NCBI GenBank assembly: GCA_025359205.1
Contig: JANYHD010000039.1
Location: 80,292-144,291 of the forward strand
Direction of reading: 5' to 3'
From: Gammaproteobacteria bacterium
GTDB taxonomy: Bacteria > Pseudomonadota > Gammaproteobacteria > Steroidobacterales > Steroidobacteraceae
DNA: 64,000 nt
The notes beneath the pieces were generated by a model. The model searched no databases. It saw only the letters and a list, made by a program, of their open reading frames with translations, and had not been told where the DNA came from. Each line of letters opens with the position of its first letter. The stretch's first letter is position 1. A program made the translations under genes and the position numbers. This document shows positions 26,339 to 36,602 of the stretch, in pieces.

Positions 26339-27564
26339 CCGTCATCAGTGCCGCCGGTGCGCTGCTGCTGGCGCGCACTGTTTGCGCCTATGAGTTCGAT
26401 TGGAGCGTGGACTTGCGCGCCGTGTCGAGCGACGCCACGGCGTCGCGTCTCGACGGGGGCTTAGGCAAGCTGCGCTACGACGCGGCGCACGATGGCCTGC
26501 GCTTGGGCGAGGCGCGCTTCAGCTACCGGGGCGATGTGACCGAAACGCTGCGCGTCGCGGCCGACGGCGTGGCCTATGGCGATCACGACGTCAATCCCAT
26601 CGACCTGACTGAATTTTACGCGGACTGGCGGCCGATCCCGCATTCAATCTGGCGCTCGCGCGTGAAAGTGGGCGCCTTCTATCCGGAGATCTCGCTTGAG
26701 AACCGCAAGCGCGGCTGGGGCTCGCCCTACACGCTGACCTACTCGGCGCTCAACACCTGGGTCGGCGAAGAACTGCGCACGATTGGCGCCGAATACAGCC
26801 TGGACTGGCTGGGCCGAAGCAACGGCCACGACTTCGATTTCAGCCTGAATGCCGCCGGATTCGGCTGGAACGATCCGGCCGGCACGGTCATCGCCACGCG
26901 CGGCTGGGGCCTGACCGATCGTCAGACCACGCTGTTTGGTCGCTTTGCTACCGGCGGCCAACCGAACCCGGAACGCACGCTGTTCTACGATGATCTGGAC
27001 AAGCGTGCCGGCTATCACCTCGGGGTCACCGCCAATTACCGCGGCCTGCTGGAACTGCACGCACTGCACTACGACAACCGCGCCAACCTCGCGTCGTTCT
27101 CGACGACAATCCAGGACTCAACCTGGCTCACCTACTTCGACAGCCTCGGAGTCCGCTGGACGCCGACCGCCGAATGGACACTCATCACGCAGTGGTTGCA
27201 CGGCCGCACCTATGCCGGCACCGATCTGCCAGTCAACGCCTGGAGTTTCGATTCCGAGTTCCTGCTGGCGAGCTGGCAACGCGGTGCGATGCGCTACAGC
27301 GCGCGCTATGACCGCTTTGCTTCGCTCCAGACTGCCAGCAATTTCCTCGAATACGCAGACAACACGTACTACGGCGACCACGGCCACGCCTGGACGCTGT
27401 CCGCGGCGCGGCGTTTCAACGAGCACTGGAGCGCCACGCTCGAAGGCATCGAAGTGCAAAGCTGGGTCGCGCAGCGCGCAATTCCGCTCGACTACGGCGG
27501 CCTCGGCACAAACGCCAACGCCACCGAGCGTCAATGGCAGCTGGCGCTGCGCTACGAACGATAG
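26323..27564 (+). CDS. outer-membrane beta-barrel (porin-like) protein
   Basis: ATG 26323 (MGRLLTVISAAGALLLARTVCA signal peptide) overlaps the upstream gene by 16 nt. Alternating-strand, Tyr/Trp/Gly-rich sequence ends ..WQLALRYER (C-terminal aromatic-X motif region). The upstream part of track ORF 25696-27564 is a shadow frame. Confidence 0.7.
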   Translation: MGRLLTVISAAGALLLARTVCAYEFDWSVDLRAVSSDATASRLDGGLGKLRYDAAHDGLRLGEARFSYRGDVTETLRVAADGVAYGDHDVNPIDLTEFYADWRPIPHSIWRSRVKVGAFYPEISLENRKRGWGSPYTLTYSALNTWVGEELRTIGAEYSLDWLGRSNGHDFDFSLNAAGFGWNDPAGTVIATRGWGLTDRQTTLFGRFATGGQPNPERTLFYDDLDKRAGYHLGVTANYRGLLELHALHYDNRANLASFSTTIQDSTWLTYFDSLGVRWTPTAEWTLITQWLHGRTYAGTDLPVNAWSFDSEFLLASWQRGAMRYSARYDRFASLQTASNFLEYADNTYYGDHGHAWTLSAARRFNEHWSATLEGIEVQSWVAQRAIPLDYGGLGTNANATERQWQLALRYER

Positions 27565-27570
27565 AAATCG

Positions 27571-30500
27571 TCAGGCGAGCACGACCAGCAAATCCTTGGC
27601 ATCGACCTGGCTCGAGACCCGCACCAGCACCTCGCTCACCTGGCCGGCGCTCTCGGCATGCACCGCAGTCTGCATCTTCATCGACTCCAGCGTCACCACG
27701 ACATCGCCGCGCGCCACCTTCTGACCGACCACGACGGCGACAGTCGCCACCGTGCCCGGCATCGGCGCACCGATGTGCCGCGGGTTGCCCGGCTCGATGC
27801 GGCGCTGCGGCGGGCGGCTCGGCGTCGCGGCTCGATCGAGCACGCGGATTTCGCGCGGCTGGCCATTGAGTTCGAAGAACACCGTGCGCGTGCCATCCTC
27901 GTGCGGCTCGCTGCGCGTCACGTAGCGCACGATCAGGGTCTTGCCAGCCTCCAGGTCGATGCTGATTTCCTGGCCTGACTCGAGCCCGTAGAAAAACGCC
28001 ATGGTCGGCAGCTGCGCGACATCGCCGAAGCGCCGGCGCCCGGTGTCGTAGTCGGCGTACACCTGCGGGTACATGAGCCAGGAGGCGAACTGGCGATCGT
28101 CGATGTCATGGCCGACCTTCGATTGCGCAGTGGCCCGCAGCGCCGCCAGGTCGGCCGGCGGCAACTCTTCGCCCGGGCGCTTGGTCAAAGGCGCTTTACC
28201 TTTCAGCACCTTGGCCTGCAACGCCGGTGGAAAGCCGCCGTAAGGCTGGCCCAGCTCGCCGTGGAAGAACTGCTCGACCGAGGATGGAAAGGCGACGGCG
28301 TTTTGCGGATCCAGCACGTCGGTGCGCGTCAGGCCGCTGCTGACCATGAACATCGCCAGATCGCCGACCACCTTGGAACTCGGCGTCACCTTGATGATGT
28401 CGCCGAACATCTCATTCACTTCGGCGTAGGCCTGCGCCACTTCCGGCCAGCGCGTGTCGTCGATGCCGAGCGAACGGGCCTGCTCGCGCAGGTTCGTGTA
28501 CTGCCCGCCGGGCATGCCGTGCACATAGACATCGGAAGTGCCGGAGCGGATGTCGCTCTCGAAGGCCGCGTAGTAGTTGCGCACCTGCTCCCAGTAATGC
28601 GAGATCAGTCGCAGCTTGGCCGGGTCGAGCTGCGGATCGCGCTCGCTGTAGCGCATCGCGGTGGCGATCGAACCCAGGTTCGGCTGCGAAGTGAGGCCAC
28701 TCATCGCATCCATCGCCGCATCGACCGCGTCGGCGCCCGCTGCGACCGCCGCGAACACGCTGGCGGCGCCGATGCCGCTGGTGTCATGCGTATGGAAATG
28801 CACGGGCAGGCCGATTTCCTCTTTCAGCGCCTTGACCAGCGTGTAGGCCGCCTGCGGCTGGCACAGGCCGGCCATATCCTTGATGCCGAGCACGTGCGTG
28901 CCCGCGGCCTTGAGCTGGCCGGCCAGCTTCAGGTAGTAATCGAGCGTGTATTTGCGTTCCTGCGGGCTCGAAAGGTTGCCCGTGTAGCACACCGCCGCCT
29001 CGCACAGCTTGCCTGATTCGAGCACCGCGTCGATCGCCACGCGCATGTTCTCGACCCAGTTGAGCGAATCGAAGATGCGGAACAGATCAATACCGCCGGC
29101 GGCGGCCTGGCGCACGAAGTAGCGCACGGTGTTGTCGGGATAATTGGCGTAGCCGACCGCATTGGCCGAGCGCAGCAGCATCTGCAGCAGCAGGTTCGGC
29201 ATCGCTGCACGCAAGCACTCCAGGCGCTCCCAGGGATCCTCGCGCAGGAAGCGCAGCGCGACATCGAACGTGGCCCCACCCCAGCACTCCACCGAGAACA
29301 GCTGCGGCAGCAACTGTGCGTAGTACGGCGCGATGCGCAGCATGTCGTAGCTGCGCAGGCGCGTCGCCAGCAACGACTGGTGCGCGTCGCGCATGGTGGT
29401 GTCGGTGAGCAGCACCCGCTTCTGCTCCAGCATCCATTGCGCAAAGCGCTGCGGGCCGAGCTGGTCCAGCAGCTGCTTGCTGCCCGCGGGCGGCGGCGTC
29501 AACGGCAACCGCGGCAAGCGCGGCGTGACCACGCGCACCGGCGCCGGACGGCCGCGTGCCTCCGGGTTGCCGTTGACGATGGTCTCGGCCAGGAAATTCA
29601 GCACGCGCGTCGCGCGATCGCGCCGTTTGGAAGCCACGAACAACTCGGGCGTTTCGTCGATGAAGCGTGTGGTGTACTCGCCGCTGGCGAAGCGCGGATG
29701 CGTGATGACCTGATCGAGGAAGCGCAGGTTGGTCACCACGCCGCGAATGCGGAACTCCCACAATGCACGGTGCATGCGCGCGATCGCCTCCTCCGGCGTC
29801 GGCGCCCAGGTGGTGACCTTCACCAGCAGCGAATCGTAAGAGCGCGTGATCACGGCGCCGGCGTAGGCCGTGCCCGCATCGAGCCGCACGCCGAAGCCAG
29901 CGGGACTGCGATAGGCAGTCAAGCGGCCGTAGTCAGGCACGAAATTGTTTTCCGGGTCCTCGGTCGTGACCCGGCACTGCAGCGCGTAGGCATTCAGGCG
30001 GATGTCTTCCTGCCGGGGCACGCCGCTGGCGGGCTCGCCGATGCGCGCACCGCCCGCGATGCGGATCTGCGCCTTGACCAGGTCGATGCCGGTCACCATC
30101 TCGGTGACGGTGTGCTCGACCTGGATGCGCGGATTGACTTCGATGAAATAGAACTTGCCGGTGTCGGCGTCCTGCAGGAATTCGACCGTGCCGGCGTTGC
30201 AGTAGTTCGCGGCGCGGCCAATCTGCAGCGCGGCGGCGCACAGCTCGGCGCGCTGTGCCGCGCTGAGAAAGGCGGCGGGCGCACGCTCGACCACTTTCTG
30301 GTTGCGCCGCTGCACGGTGCAATCGCGCTCGTACAGGTGCACCAGGTTGCCGTGCGAGTCGCCGAGCAACTGCACTTCAATGTGGCGTGCGCGGCGCACC
30401 AGCTTTTCGAGGTACACCTCGTCGTTGCCGAATGCAGCGCGGGCCTCGGCGCGGGCCATCGGCAGGAGTTCGCCGAGCGCGGCTTCATTCTCGATGATGC

Positions 30501-31017
30501 GCATGCCGCGCCCGCCGCCGCCCCAGCTGGCTTTGAGCATCACGGGGAAGCCCACGGCGGCCGCGTATTTTGCGCAGGCCTTGAAATCAGCCGGCAGCGG
30601 CGGCGTCGCCGGCATCACCGGCACGCCGGCGGCAACCGCCAGATCGCGCGCCGCGACCTTGTTGCCGAGCGTGCGCATCGTCGCGGGCTGCGGGCCGACG
30701 AAGACGATGCTGGCGTGCGCGCAGGCCTCGGCGAATTGCGGGCTCTCGGACAGGAACCCGTAGCCCGGGTGGATGGCATCAGCCTTCGCGCGCAGCGCCG
30801 TCGCGACAATCTCCTCGATATCGAGATAGGCCTGCAGCGGACCCTTGCCCTCGCCGACCAGGTAGGCCTCGTCCGCCTTGGTGCGATGAAGCGAGAAGCG
30901 ATCCTCCTGCGAGTAGATCGCCACCGTGGCCAGCCCCAGCTCGTTGGCGGCGCGCATCACCCGGATGGCGATTTCGCCGCGATTGGCGATCAGTATTCGT
31001 TTCAAGGTCTTCCGCAT
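27571..31017 (-). CDS. pyc: pyruvate carboxylase (single-chain: biotin carboxylase + carboxyltransferase + BCCP)
   Basis: 1148 aa. N-terminal ILIANRGEIAIRV, ATP-grasp, a TIM-barrel carboxyltransferase (HFHTHDTSG), and a C-terminal biotinylation motif LESMKMQT. Confidence 0.95.
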   Translation of the reverse strand: MRKTLKRILIANRGEIAIRVMRAANELGLATVAIYSQEDRFSLHRTKADEAYLVGEGKGPLQAYLDIEEIVATALRAKADAIHPGYGFLSESPQFAEACAHASIVFVGPQPATMRTLGNKVAARDLAVAAGVPVMPATPPLPADFKACAKYAAAVGFPVMLKASWGGGGRGMRIIENEAALGELLPMARAEARAAFGNDEVYLEKLVRRARHIEVQLLGDSHGNLVHLYERDCTVQRRNQKVVERAPAAFLSAAQRAELCAAALQIGRAANYCNAGTVEFLQDADTGKFYFIEVNPRIQVEHTVTEMVTGIDLVKAQIRIAGGARIGEPASGVPRQEDIRLNAYALQCRVTTEDPENNFVPDYGRLTAYRSPAGFGVRLDAGTAYAGAVITRSYDSLLVKVTTWAPTPEEAIARMHRALWEFRIRGVVTNLRFLDQVITHPRFASGEYTTRFIDETPELFVASKRRDRATRVLNFLAETIVNGNPEARGRPAPVRVVTPRLPRLPLTPPPAGSKQLLDQLGPQRFAQWMLEQKRVLLTDTTMRDAHQSLLATRLRSYDMLRIAPYYAQLLPQLFSVECWGGATFDVALRFLREDPWERLECLRAAMPNLLLQMLLRSANAVGYANYPDNTVRYFVRQAAAGGIDLFRIFDSLNWVENMRVAIDAVLESGKLCEAAVCYTGNLSSPQERKYTLDYYLKLAGQLKAAGTHVLGIKDMAGLCQPQAAYTLVKALKEEIGLPVHFHTHDTSGIGAASVFAAVAAGADAVDAAMDAMSGLTSQPNLGSIATAMRYSERDPQLDPAKLRLISHYWEQVRNYYAAFESDIRSGTSDVYVHGMPGGQYTNLREQARSLGIDDTRWPEVAQAYAEVNEMFGDIIKVTPSSKVVGDLAMFMVSSGLTRTDVLDPQNAVAFPSSVEQFFHGELGQPYGGFPPALQAKVLKGKAPLTKRPGEELPPADLAALRATAQSKVGHDIDDRQFASWLMYPQVYADYDTGRRRFGDVAQLPTMAFFYGLESGQEISIDLEAGKTLIVRYVTRSEPHEDGTRTVFFELNGQPREIRVLDRAATPSRPPQRRIEPGNPRHIGAPMPGTVATVAVVVGQKVARGDVVVTLESMKMQTAVHAESAGQVSEVLVRVSSQVDAKDLLVVLA

Positions 31018-31040
31018 GGGGTCGGTGTAAGCCCGCTCAG

Positions 31041-32639
31041 CTATGCAAGATTGGGGCCGAGCGTGCGGGCCAGATATTCGGCAAAGCTGCCACGATCGGC
31101 GCGCTCGGTCGCTGCCTGCTCGTCCAGCGAAGCGGCCGCTTCCGCGGCGAAGCCCGCCAGCACCGCGGGTTCGTGGCCCCGCACGTCGAGCAGGCGCGCG
31201 CGATGCTGCTCCGAAAGGGTGCGCGTGTATTCAGCAAATCCCGCCGCGGAGCGCCGCAGCTCCCGCAGGTGTCGCGCCGACGGCGTCAGTTCCGCATCGC
31301 GCAGCTTTTCAAGCTGGCGATCGAGCGTGCGCTGGTAGCGGCGGGTCGGATCGCCGGCGTCGAGCAGTTCGCAGATGCCGCGGAGCTGGTCGAGCAGCTC
31401 CGCGCCCCATTCCTGCAGCGCGACCGCGCGCCCGGAGCGCTGCAACTGCAGGCCCGGTTCACGCCCGCGCCGCGCCACCAGCAGGTGGTTGTGGTCCAGC
31501 TGTTGCTGCGCCGTGGCATCGAATGCTTCGCTCTCGCGCAGCAGGCACAGCGCCAGGAAGGCCTCCATGAAATGCATCTCGTCCATGCACACGCCGGTGG
31601 GTTCGAAGATGCAGATGTCGAGCGCGCGCACCTCCACGTACTCGACCCCACCGCGCGCGAGCGCGCGCATGGTGCTCTCGCCGGCACGCGGCGCGCGCTT
31701 CGGGCGGATGTTGCTGTAGTACTCGTTCTCAATCTGCAGGATGTTGGCATTGAGCTGGCGGTACTCGCCGTCCACGCACACACCGAGCGCCGCAAACGGC
31801 GGGTGCACGGTGTGCGTAGCGTGCTGCAGGTCGCGCAGGTAGTCCGCCAGCGAATTGACCGAGACGTTGACCGCAGTCTGGTCGCGGTTGCGGTAGCCCA
31901 GGTCGCTCATGCGGAGCGAGGTGGCATGGGGCAGGTGCAACGTACCCGCACCGAGCGGCTGCAATTCAGGATCGCGCGGCGCGGGCGCGAAGCTGGCGCA
32001 CAGGGCCGGTGAGACGCCGAACAGATAGAGCGCCAGCCAGCCGTGGCGACGGTAGTTGCGCACCAGATCGAAGTAGCAGGAGGAAATGAAGGCGGCGTCC
32101 ACCGTACGCGCCTCCAGCAACTCGGCCCACAGCGGCCAGAAGCGCTCGGGAAACGAGTAATTGAAATGCGCGCCGGCAATAGCCTGCATCAATCCGCCGT
32201 AGCGGGTCTGCAGGCCGCGCCGGTACACCTCTTTAAAGTGTCCGCGGTGCGAGCGCCCGTAGCGCGCGATGGGCACTTCCGCCTCGCCAGCGATCTCGCC
32301 CGGCATTGAGCCGGCCCACAGCAGTTCATCGCCCAGGTGGCGCGCCACGAAGTGATGCAGGTCGCCGAGGTACTGCGAAAGCGCGGCGTTGTCGGTGAAG
32401 GTGGGCGTGACCAGCTCGAGCAGGGCCTCGGAAAAATCCGTGGTGATGTGCGGGTTGCTCAGCGCGCTGCCCAATGGCTGTGGATGCCCCTGTTGCGACA
32501 CGCGTCCGGAAGGGCTGACCCGCAAACCCTCGCGCTCGAGGCCACGGCGCCCGCCCACGAGCGCGGCGCCGCGTTCGCGGGTGTTGACGAGCGCCGCCAG
32601 GCGTCGCTCAAAAATGCGGTCGATCACCGCTCGCACCAT
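31041..32639 (-). CDS. gshA: glutamate--cysteine ligase (proteobacterial type)
   Basis: RGLEREGLRVSPSG..HPQPLGSALSNPHITTDFSEALLELVTP aligns with the E. coli GshA N-terminus. Start placed at MVRAVIDRIF (ATG 32639); the longer ORF would overlap the divergent thiolase gene. Confidence 0.9.
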   Translation of the reverse strand: MVRAVIDRIFERRLAALVNTRERGAALVGGRRGLEREGLRVSPSGRVSQQGHPQPLGSALSNPHITTDFSEALLELVTPTFTDNAALSQYLGDLHHFVARHLGDELLWAGSMPGEIAGEAEVPIARYGRSHRGHFKEVYRRGLQTRYGGLMQAIAGAHFNYSFPERFWPLWAELLEARTVDAAFISSCYFDLVRNYRRHGWLALYLFGVSPALCASFAPAPRDPELQPLGAGTLHLPHATSLRMSDLGYRNRDQTAVNVSVNSLADYLRDLQHATHTVHPPFAALGVCVDGEYRQLNANILQIENEYYSNIRPKRAPRAGESTMRALARGGVEYVEVRALDICIFEPTGVCMDEMHFMEAFLALCLLRESEAFDATAQQQLDHNHLLVARRGREPGLQLQRSGRAVALQEWGAELLDQLRGICELLDAGDPTRRYQRTLDRQLEKLRDAELTPSARHLRELRRSAAGFAEYTRTLSEQHRARLLDVRGHEPAVLAGFAAEAAASLDEQAATERADRGSFAEYLARTLGPNLA

Positions 32640-32745
32640 GCCGATGGCCCCAAGACTTTGCCCAGGCCGTGCAGATCCGGCCGCAAGCTGGCATTCTACG
32701 CGACCAGCCCCGCTCCCGGCGGCGCCCTCGATCCCGGAGGCCACC

Positions 32746-34041
32746 ATGCTGACTCTCGCAGCGCCCAGACGTGTCGCCATCGTCGGCGGCACCCGCATTC
32801 CCTTTGCCCGCTCGCACGGCGCCTACGCCGGCCAGGGCAACCAGGACCTGCTCACTGCGGCACTGCGCGCGCTGGTCGAGCGCTACCGGCTGCAGGGCCA
32901 GCGCCTGGGCGACGTGATCGGCGGCGCGGTCATCAAGCATTCCCGCGATTTCAATCTGGTGCGCGAAGCACTGATGTCTACGGAGCTCGACCCGCAGACT
33001 CCGGGGCTCGACATCCAGCGCGCCTGCGGCACCGGGCTCGAGGCGGCGATCCTGGTTGCCAACAAGATTGCGCTCGGCCAGATCGATGCCGGCATCGCCT
33101 GCGGCGTTGACACCGTCAGCGACCCGCCGGTGGTGTTCCCGAATTCCTTCCGCGAGATCCTGATGAAGAGCTACCGCGGCCGCAGCTTCGGGCAGCGCTT
33201 CGCGCCCTGGCTGAAGCTCCGGCCGCGCGATCTCAAGCCGATCCTGCCGGCGGTCATCGAGCCGCGCACGGGTCTGTCGATGGGCCAGAGCTGCGAGCTC
33301 ATGGCACGCACCTGGAACATTACACGCGCCGAACAGGACCGCGTCGCCTGCGAAAGCCACCTCAAGGCCGCGGCAGCCTGGAAAGCGGGCTTCTACGACG
33401 ACCTCGTGGTGCCCCACGCGGGCTTGCAGCGCGACAACAACGTGCGCCCGGACACCACGGTGGAGAAGCTCGGCACGCTGCGCCCGGTGTTCGACACCAC
33501 CACCGGCCAGGGCACGCTCACGGCCGGCAACAGCACGCCGCTCACCGATGGCGCGGCTGCGGTGCTGCTCGCCTCCGAGGAGTGGGCGCGTGAGCGGCAG
33601 CTCCCGGTGCTGGCGTACCTGCGGGCCGGCAAGAGCTGGGCCGTCGATTTCGCCAGCGGCAAGGAAGGCCTGCTGATGGCGCCCGCCTATGCCATATCCG
33701 CGATGCTCGCCGATGTGCAGCTCTCGCTGCAGGACTTCGACTACTACGAATTGCACGAAGCCTTCGCCACGCAGATGCTGTGCACACTGCGCGCCTGGGA
33801 ATCGCCGGAGTTCTGCCGCGAGCGACTGGGCCGCAATGCGCCACTCGGCGCGATCGCGCCCGGAAAGATCAATGTCAAGGGCGGCAGCGTGGCCCTCGGG
33901 CATCCCTTCGCCGCCACCGGCGGACGCATACTCGCGGCGCTCGCCAAGCTCCTCGCCAGCGACGCGCAGGCCCGGCGCGGGCTCATCTCGGTATGCACGG
34001 CCGGCGGCATGGGCGTGACCGCCATCGTGGAGCGCGCCTGA
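32746..34041 (+). CDS. acetyl-CoA C-acyltransferase / thiolase
   Basis: [15 protein letters not shown], active-site [10 protein letters not shown] (Cys), [19 protein letters not shown] and VCTAGGMG. Start at ATG 32746 (MLTLAAPR). Confidence 0.9.
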   Translation: MLTLAAPRRVAIVGGTRIPFARSHGAYAGQGNQDLLTAALRALVERYRLQGQRLGDVIGGAVIKHSRDFNLVREALMSTELDPQTPGLDIQRACGTGLEAAILVANKIALGQIDAGIACGVDTVSDPPVVFPNSFREILMKSYRGRSFGQRFAPWLKLRPRDLKPILPAVIEPRTGLSMGQSCELMARTWNITRAEQDRVACESHLKAAAAWKAGFYDDLVVPHAGLQRDNNVRPDTTVEKLGTLRPVFDTTTGQGTLTAGNSTPLTDGAAAVLLASEEWARERQLPVLAYLRAGKSWAVDFASGKEGLLMAPAYAISAMLADVQLSLQDFDYYELHEAFATQMLCTLRAWESPEFCRERLGRNAPLGAIAPGKINVKGGSVALGHPFAATGGRILAALAKLLASDAQARRGLISVCTAGGMGVTAIVERA

Positions 34042-34430
34042 TGCCGCGCCAGAATTTCGCCAGCGGCTCGCCCTGGGAGCCGATCGTGGGCTACTCACGC
34101 GCGGTGCGCGTCGGCGACTACGTGCACATCGCGGGCACGACCGCCACCGATGAGAGCGGCAAGATCGTCGGCATCAATGACGCTGGCGCGCAGACCGTGC
34201 AAACCCTGAAGAACATCGAAGCCGCGCTGCGTCGCGCCGGCGCGACGCTGGCGCAGGTCGTGCGCACGCGCATGTACGTGGTCAACATCGCCGACTGGGA
34301 ACAGATCGGCCGCGCGCACGGCGCGATGTTTGGCGCGATCCGTCCCGCCACGTCGATGGTGGAGGTGAGCCGGCTGATCGCTCCAGAAATGCTGGTCGAG
34401 ATCGAAGCCGACGCCTGGCTTGGCGACTAG
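34041..34430 (+). CDS. RidA/YjgF-family (Rid) protein
   Basis: 129 aa. [42 protein letters not shown] pattern. The ATG overlaps the thiolase stop (TGATG). Confidence 0.85.
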   Translation: MPRQNFASGSPWEPIVGYSRAVRVGDYVHIAGTTATDESGKIVGINDAGAQTVQTLKNIEAALRRAGATLAQVVRTRMYVVNIADWEQIGRAHGAMFGAIRPATSMVEVSRLIAPEMLVEIEADAWLGD

Positions 34431-34440
34431 GCTGGCTACG

Positions 34441-35112
34441 ATGGCGACTGGACGCTGGGAAACCCTGATGGCGCGCGACGGGCACGAGTTCTCTGCCTAT
34501 CTCGCGCGTGCGTCCGGCACGCCGCGCGGCGCAATCGTCGTGCTGCAGGAAATCTTCGGCGTCAACGCGCATATCCGCGCGGTGGTCGAGCAGTATGCCG
34601 CGGCCGGGTTCCTGGCGATCGCGCCGGCCCTGTTCGATCGCATCGGCCGCAACATTGAGCTCGGCTACTCGCCCAAGGACATGGAACAGGGCACCGGCTA
34701 CCGGCTGCAGGTCGACGAAGCCAAGGCGCTGCTCGACATCGGCGCGGCCATCAACGTCGTCAAGCACGCCGGCCGCGTTGCACTCGTCGGCTACTGCTGG
34801 GGCGGGCAGCTCACCTGGATCGGCGCAGCGGCGCTCCCGGTGAACGCGGCCGTCGGTTACTACACCAGCCGCGTCTGGGAAAAGCTTGAGCGGGTGCCCA
34901 GCTGCCCGATCATGCTGCACTACGGCGAGCGCGACCAGAATATTCCGCTCGCACGCATTGAACAGGTGCGCGCAGCTTGTCCTCAGGCGCAGATCCATAT
35001 CTATTCGGCAGACCACGGCTTCAATTGCGACGCGCGTGCCAGCTACGATGCACCGAGCGCGGCGCTCGCCTGGCAGCGCACCCAGGATTTCCTCCTGCAG
35101 TACATAGGTTGA
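34441..35112 (+). CDS. dienelactone hydrolase family protein
   Basis: VVLQEIFGVNAHIR, nucleophile motif LVGYCWGG, and C-terminal ADHGFNCD. The start is ambiguous (TTG 34420, ATG 34441 or ATG 34468). Confidence 0.85.
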   Translation: MATGRWETLMARDGHEFSAYLARASGTPRGAIVVLQEIFGVNAHIRAVVEQYAAAGFLAIAPALFDRIGRNIELGYSPKDMEQGTGYRLQVDEAKALLDIGAAINVVKHAGRVALVGYCWGGQLTWIGAAALPVNAAVGYYTSRVWEKLERVPSCPIMLHYGERDQNIPLARIEQVRAACPQAQIHIYSADHGFNCDARASYDAPSAALAWQRTQDFLLQYIG

Positions 35113-35119
35113 ATCGATC

Positions 35120-36586
35120 ATGAAACTGAGCGACCCGAAACTCCTGCGCAGCCAGTGCTACGTCAATGGCCAATGGCTGGACGCGGCCGATGGGCGCACG
35201 ACGCCGGTGCACAACCCGGCGACCGGCGCGCCGCTGGGCACCGTGCCGCAGTTGGACGGCGCCGCCACGCGCCGTGCGATCGAGGCGGCCGCGGCCGCGT
35301 TTCCGGCGTGGGCCGCGCAGACCGCCAAGCAGCGCGCCGTGGTCCTGCGCCGCTGGTTCGACCTGATGATGGCGAACCAGAGTGACCTGGCGCAGCTGAT
35401 GACCGCCGAGCAGGGCAAGCCGCTCGCCGAGGCGGCCGGAGAGATCGCCTACGCGGCCGCCTACGTCGAATGGTTTGCGGAGGAAGCGCGGCGCGTTAAT
35501 GGCGAGATCATTCCCGGCCACCAGCCCGACAAGCGCATCCTGGTGCTGCGCCAGCCGGTCGGCGTGGTGGCCGCGATCACGCCCTGGAATTTCCCGGCCG
35601 CGATGATCACGCGCAAGGCCGCGCCCGCGCTGGCCGCCGGCTGCACCTTCATCGTCAAGCCCGCCGGCCAGACGCCGCTGTCGGCGCTGGCGATGGCCGA
35701 GCTCGCCGCGCGCGCCGGCGTGCCGCCGGGCGTGTTCAACGTGATCACCGGCGCCGCCCGTGAAATCGGTGCCGAGCTCACCAGCAGCCCTATCGTGCGC
35801 AAGCTCACCTTCACCGGCTCGACGGAAGTGGGCCGCGTGCTGATGGCGCAATGTGCACCCACGCTGAAGAAGCTGTCGATGGAGCTGGGCGGCAACGCAC
35901 CATTCATCGTGTTTGCTGACGCCGATCTCGACGCCGCGGTACAGGGCGCGCTCGCCAGCAAGTATCGCAACACCGGTCAGACCTGCGTGTGCGCCAACCG
36001 CCTGCTGGTGCAGGACGAGATCTACGATGACTTCGCCGCGCGGCTGCTCAAGGCCGTCAGCACCCTGAAAGTGGGCGACGGACTCAAGGGCCCCACCGAC
36101 CTCGGACCGCTGATCGACGCCGCCGCGCTCGCCAAGGTGCAGGAACACGTGGCCGACGCCCGCGCCAAGGGCGCCAAGGTGATCCTCGGCGGCAAGCCGC
36201 ATGCGCTGGGTGGCACGTTCTATGAACCGACCATCATCACGGGCGCGACGCCGGCAATGCAGTTTGCGCGCGAGGAGACCTTCGGTCCGGTCGCGCCACT
36301 GTTCCGCTTCAACACCGAGGTCGAGGCGATTCGCATGGCCAACGACACCGAGTTCGGTCTCGCCTCCTACCTGTACACGCGCGATCTGGCGCGCGCCTTG
36401 CGTTGCGCCGAAGCGCTCGAGTACGGCATCGTCGGATTGAACACCGGCATGATCTCGACTGAAGTCGCCCCGTTTGGCGGCGTGAAGCAGTCCGGTTTCG
36501 GCCGCGAGGGCTCGCACCACGGCATCCTCGACTACACGGAGCTCAAGTACCTGTGCATCGCCGGCATCACGCCACTGCCGGGCTGA
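35120..36586 (+). CDS. gabD: NAD(P)+-dependent succinate-semialdehyde dehydrogenase
   Basis: 488 aa aldehyde dehydrogenase with ITPWNFP, the catalytic region LELGGNAP..GQTCVCANR and EETFGP. The N-terminus is typical of GabD. Confidence 0.85.
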   Translation: MKLSDPKLLRSQCYVNGQWLDAADGRTTPVHNPATGAPLGTVPQLDGAATRRAIEAAAAAFPAWAAQTAKQRAVVLRRWFDLMMANQSDLAQLMTAEQGKPLAEAAGEIAYAAAYVEWFAEEARRVNGEIIPGHQPDKRILVLRQPVGVVAAITPWNFPAAMITRKAAPALAAGCTFIVKPAGQTPLSALAMAELAARAGVPPGVFNVITGAAREIGAELTSSPIVRKLTFTGSTEVGRVLMAQCAPTLKKLSMELGGNAPFIVFADADLDAAVQGALASKYRNTGQTCVCANRLLVQDEIYDDFAARLLKAVSTLKVGDGLKGPTDLGPLIDAAALAKVQEHVADARAKGAKVILGGKPHALGGTFYEPTIITGATPAMQFAREETFGPVAPLFRFNTEVEAIRMANDTEFGLASYLYTRDLARALRCAEALEYGIVGLNTGMISTEVAPFGGVKQSGFGREGSHHGILDYTELKYLCIAGITPLPG

Positions 36587-36602
36587 TCATGCCCGCGATT
36601 GC

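Noticed and set aside
29380-31338. 652-aa plus-strand ORF antisense to pyruvate carboxylase and gshA
   Set aside because: It spans two real convergently ordered minus-strand genes and their spacer, with shadow-frame composition.
35021-36520. 499-aa minus-strand ORF antisense to gabD. The same reasoning covers 32608-34098, 37628-38965, 47568-48731, 49243-50640, 54278-55978, 56575-57630, 57600-58868 and 60460-61338.
   Set aside because: All are antisense to genes with unambiguous family signatures and have Arg/Ala/Gly/His-dominated low-complexity translations. They are expected in GC-rich DNA, where stop codons are rare in antisense frames.
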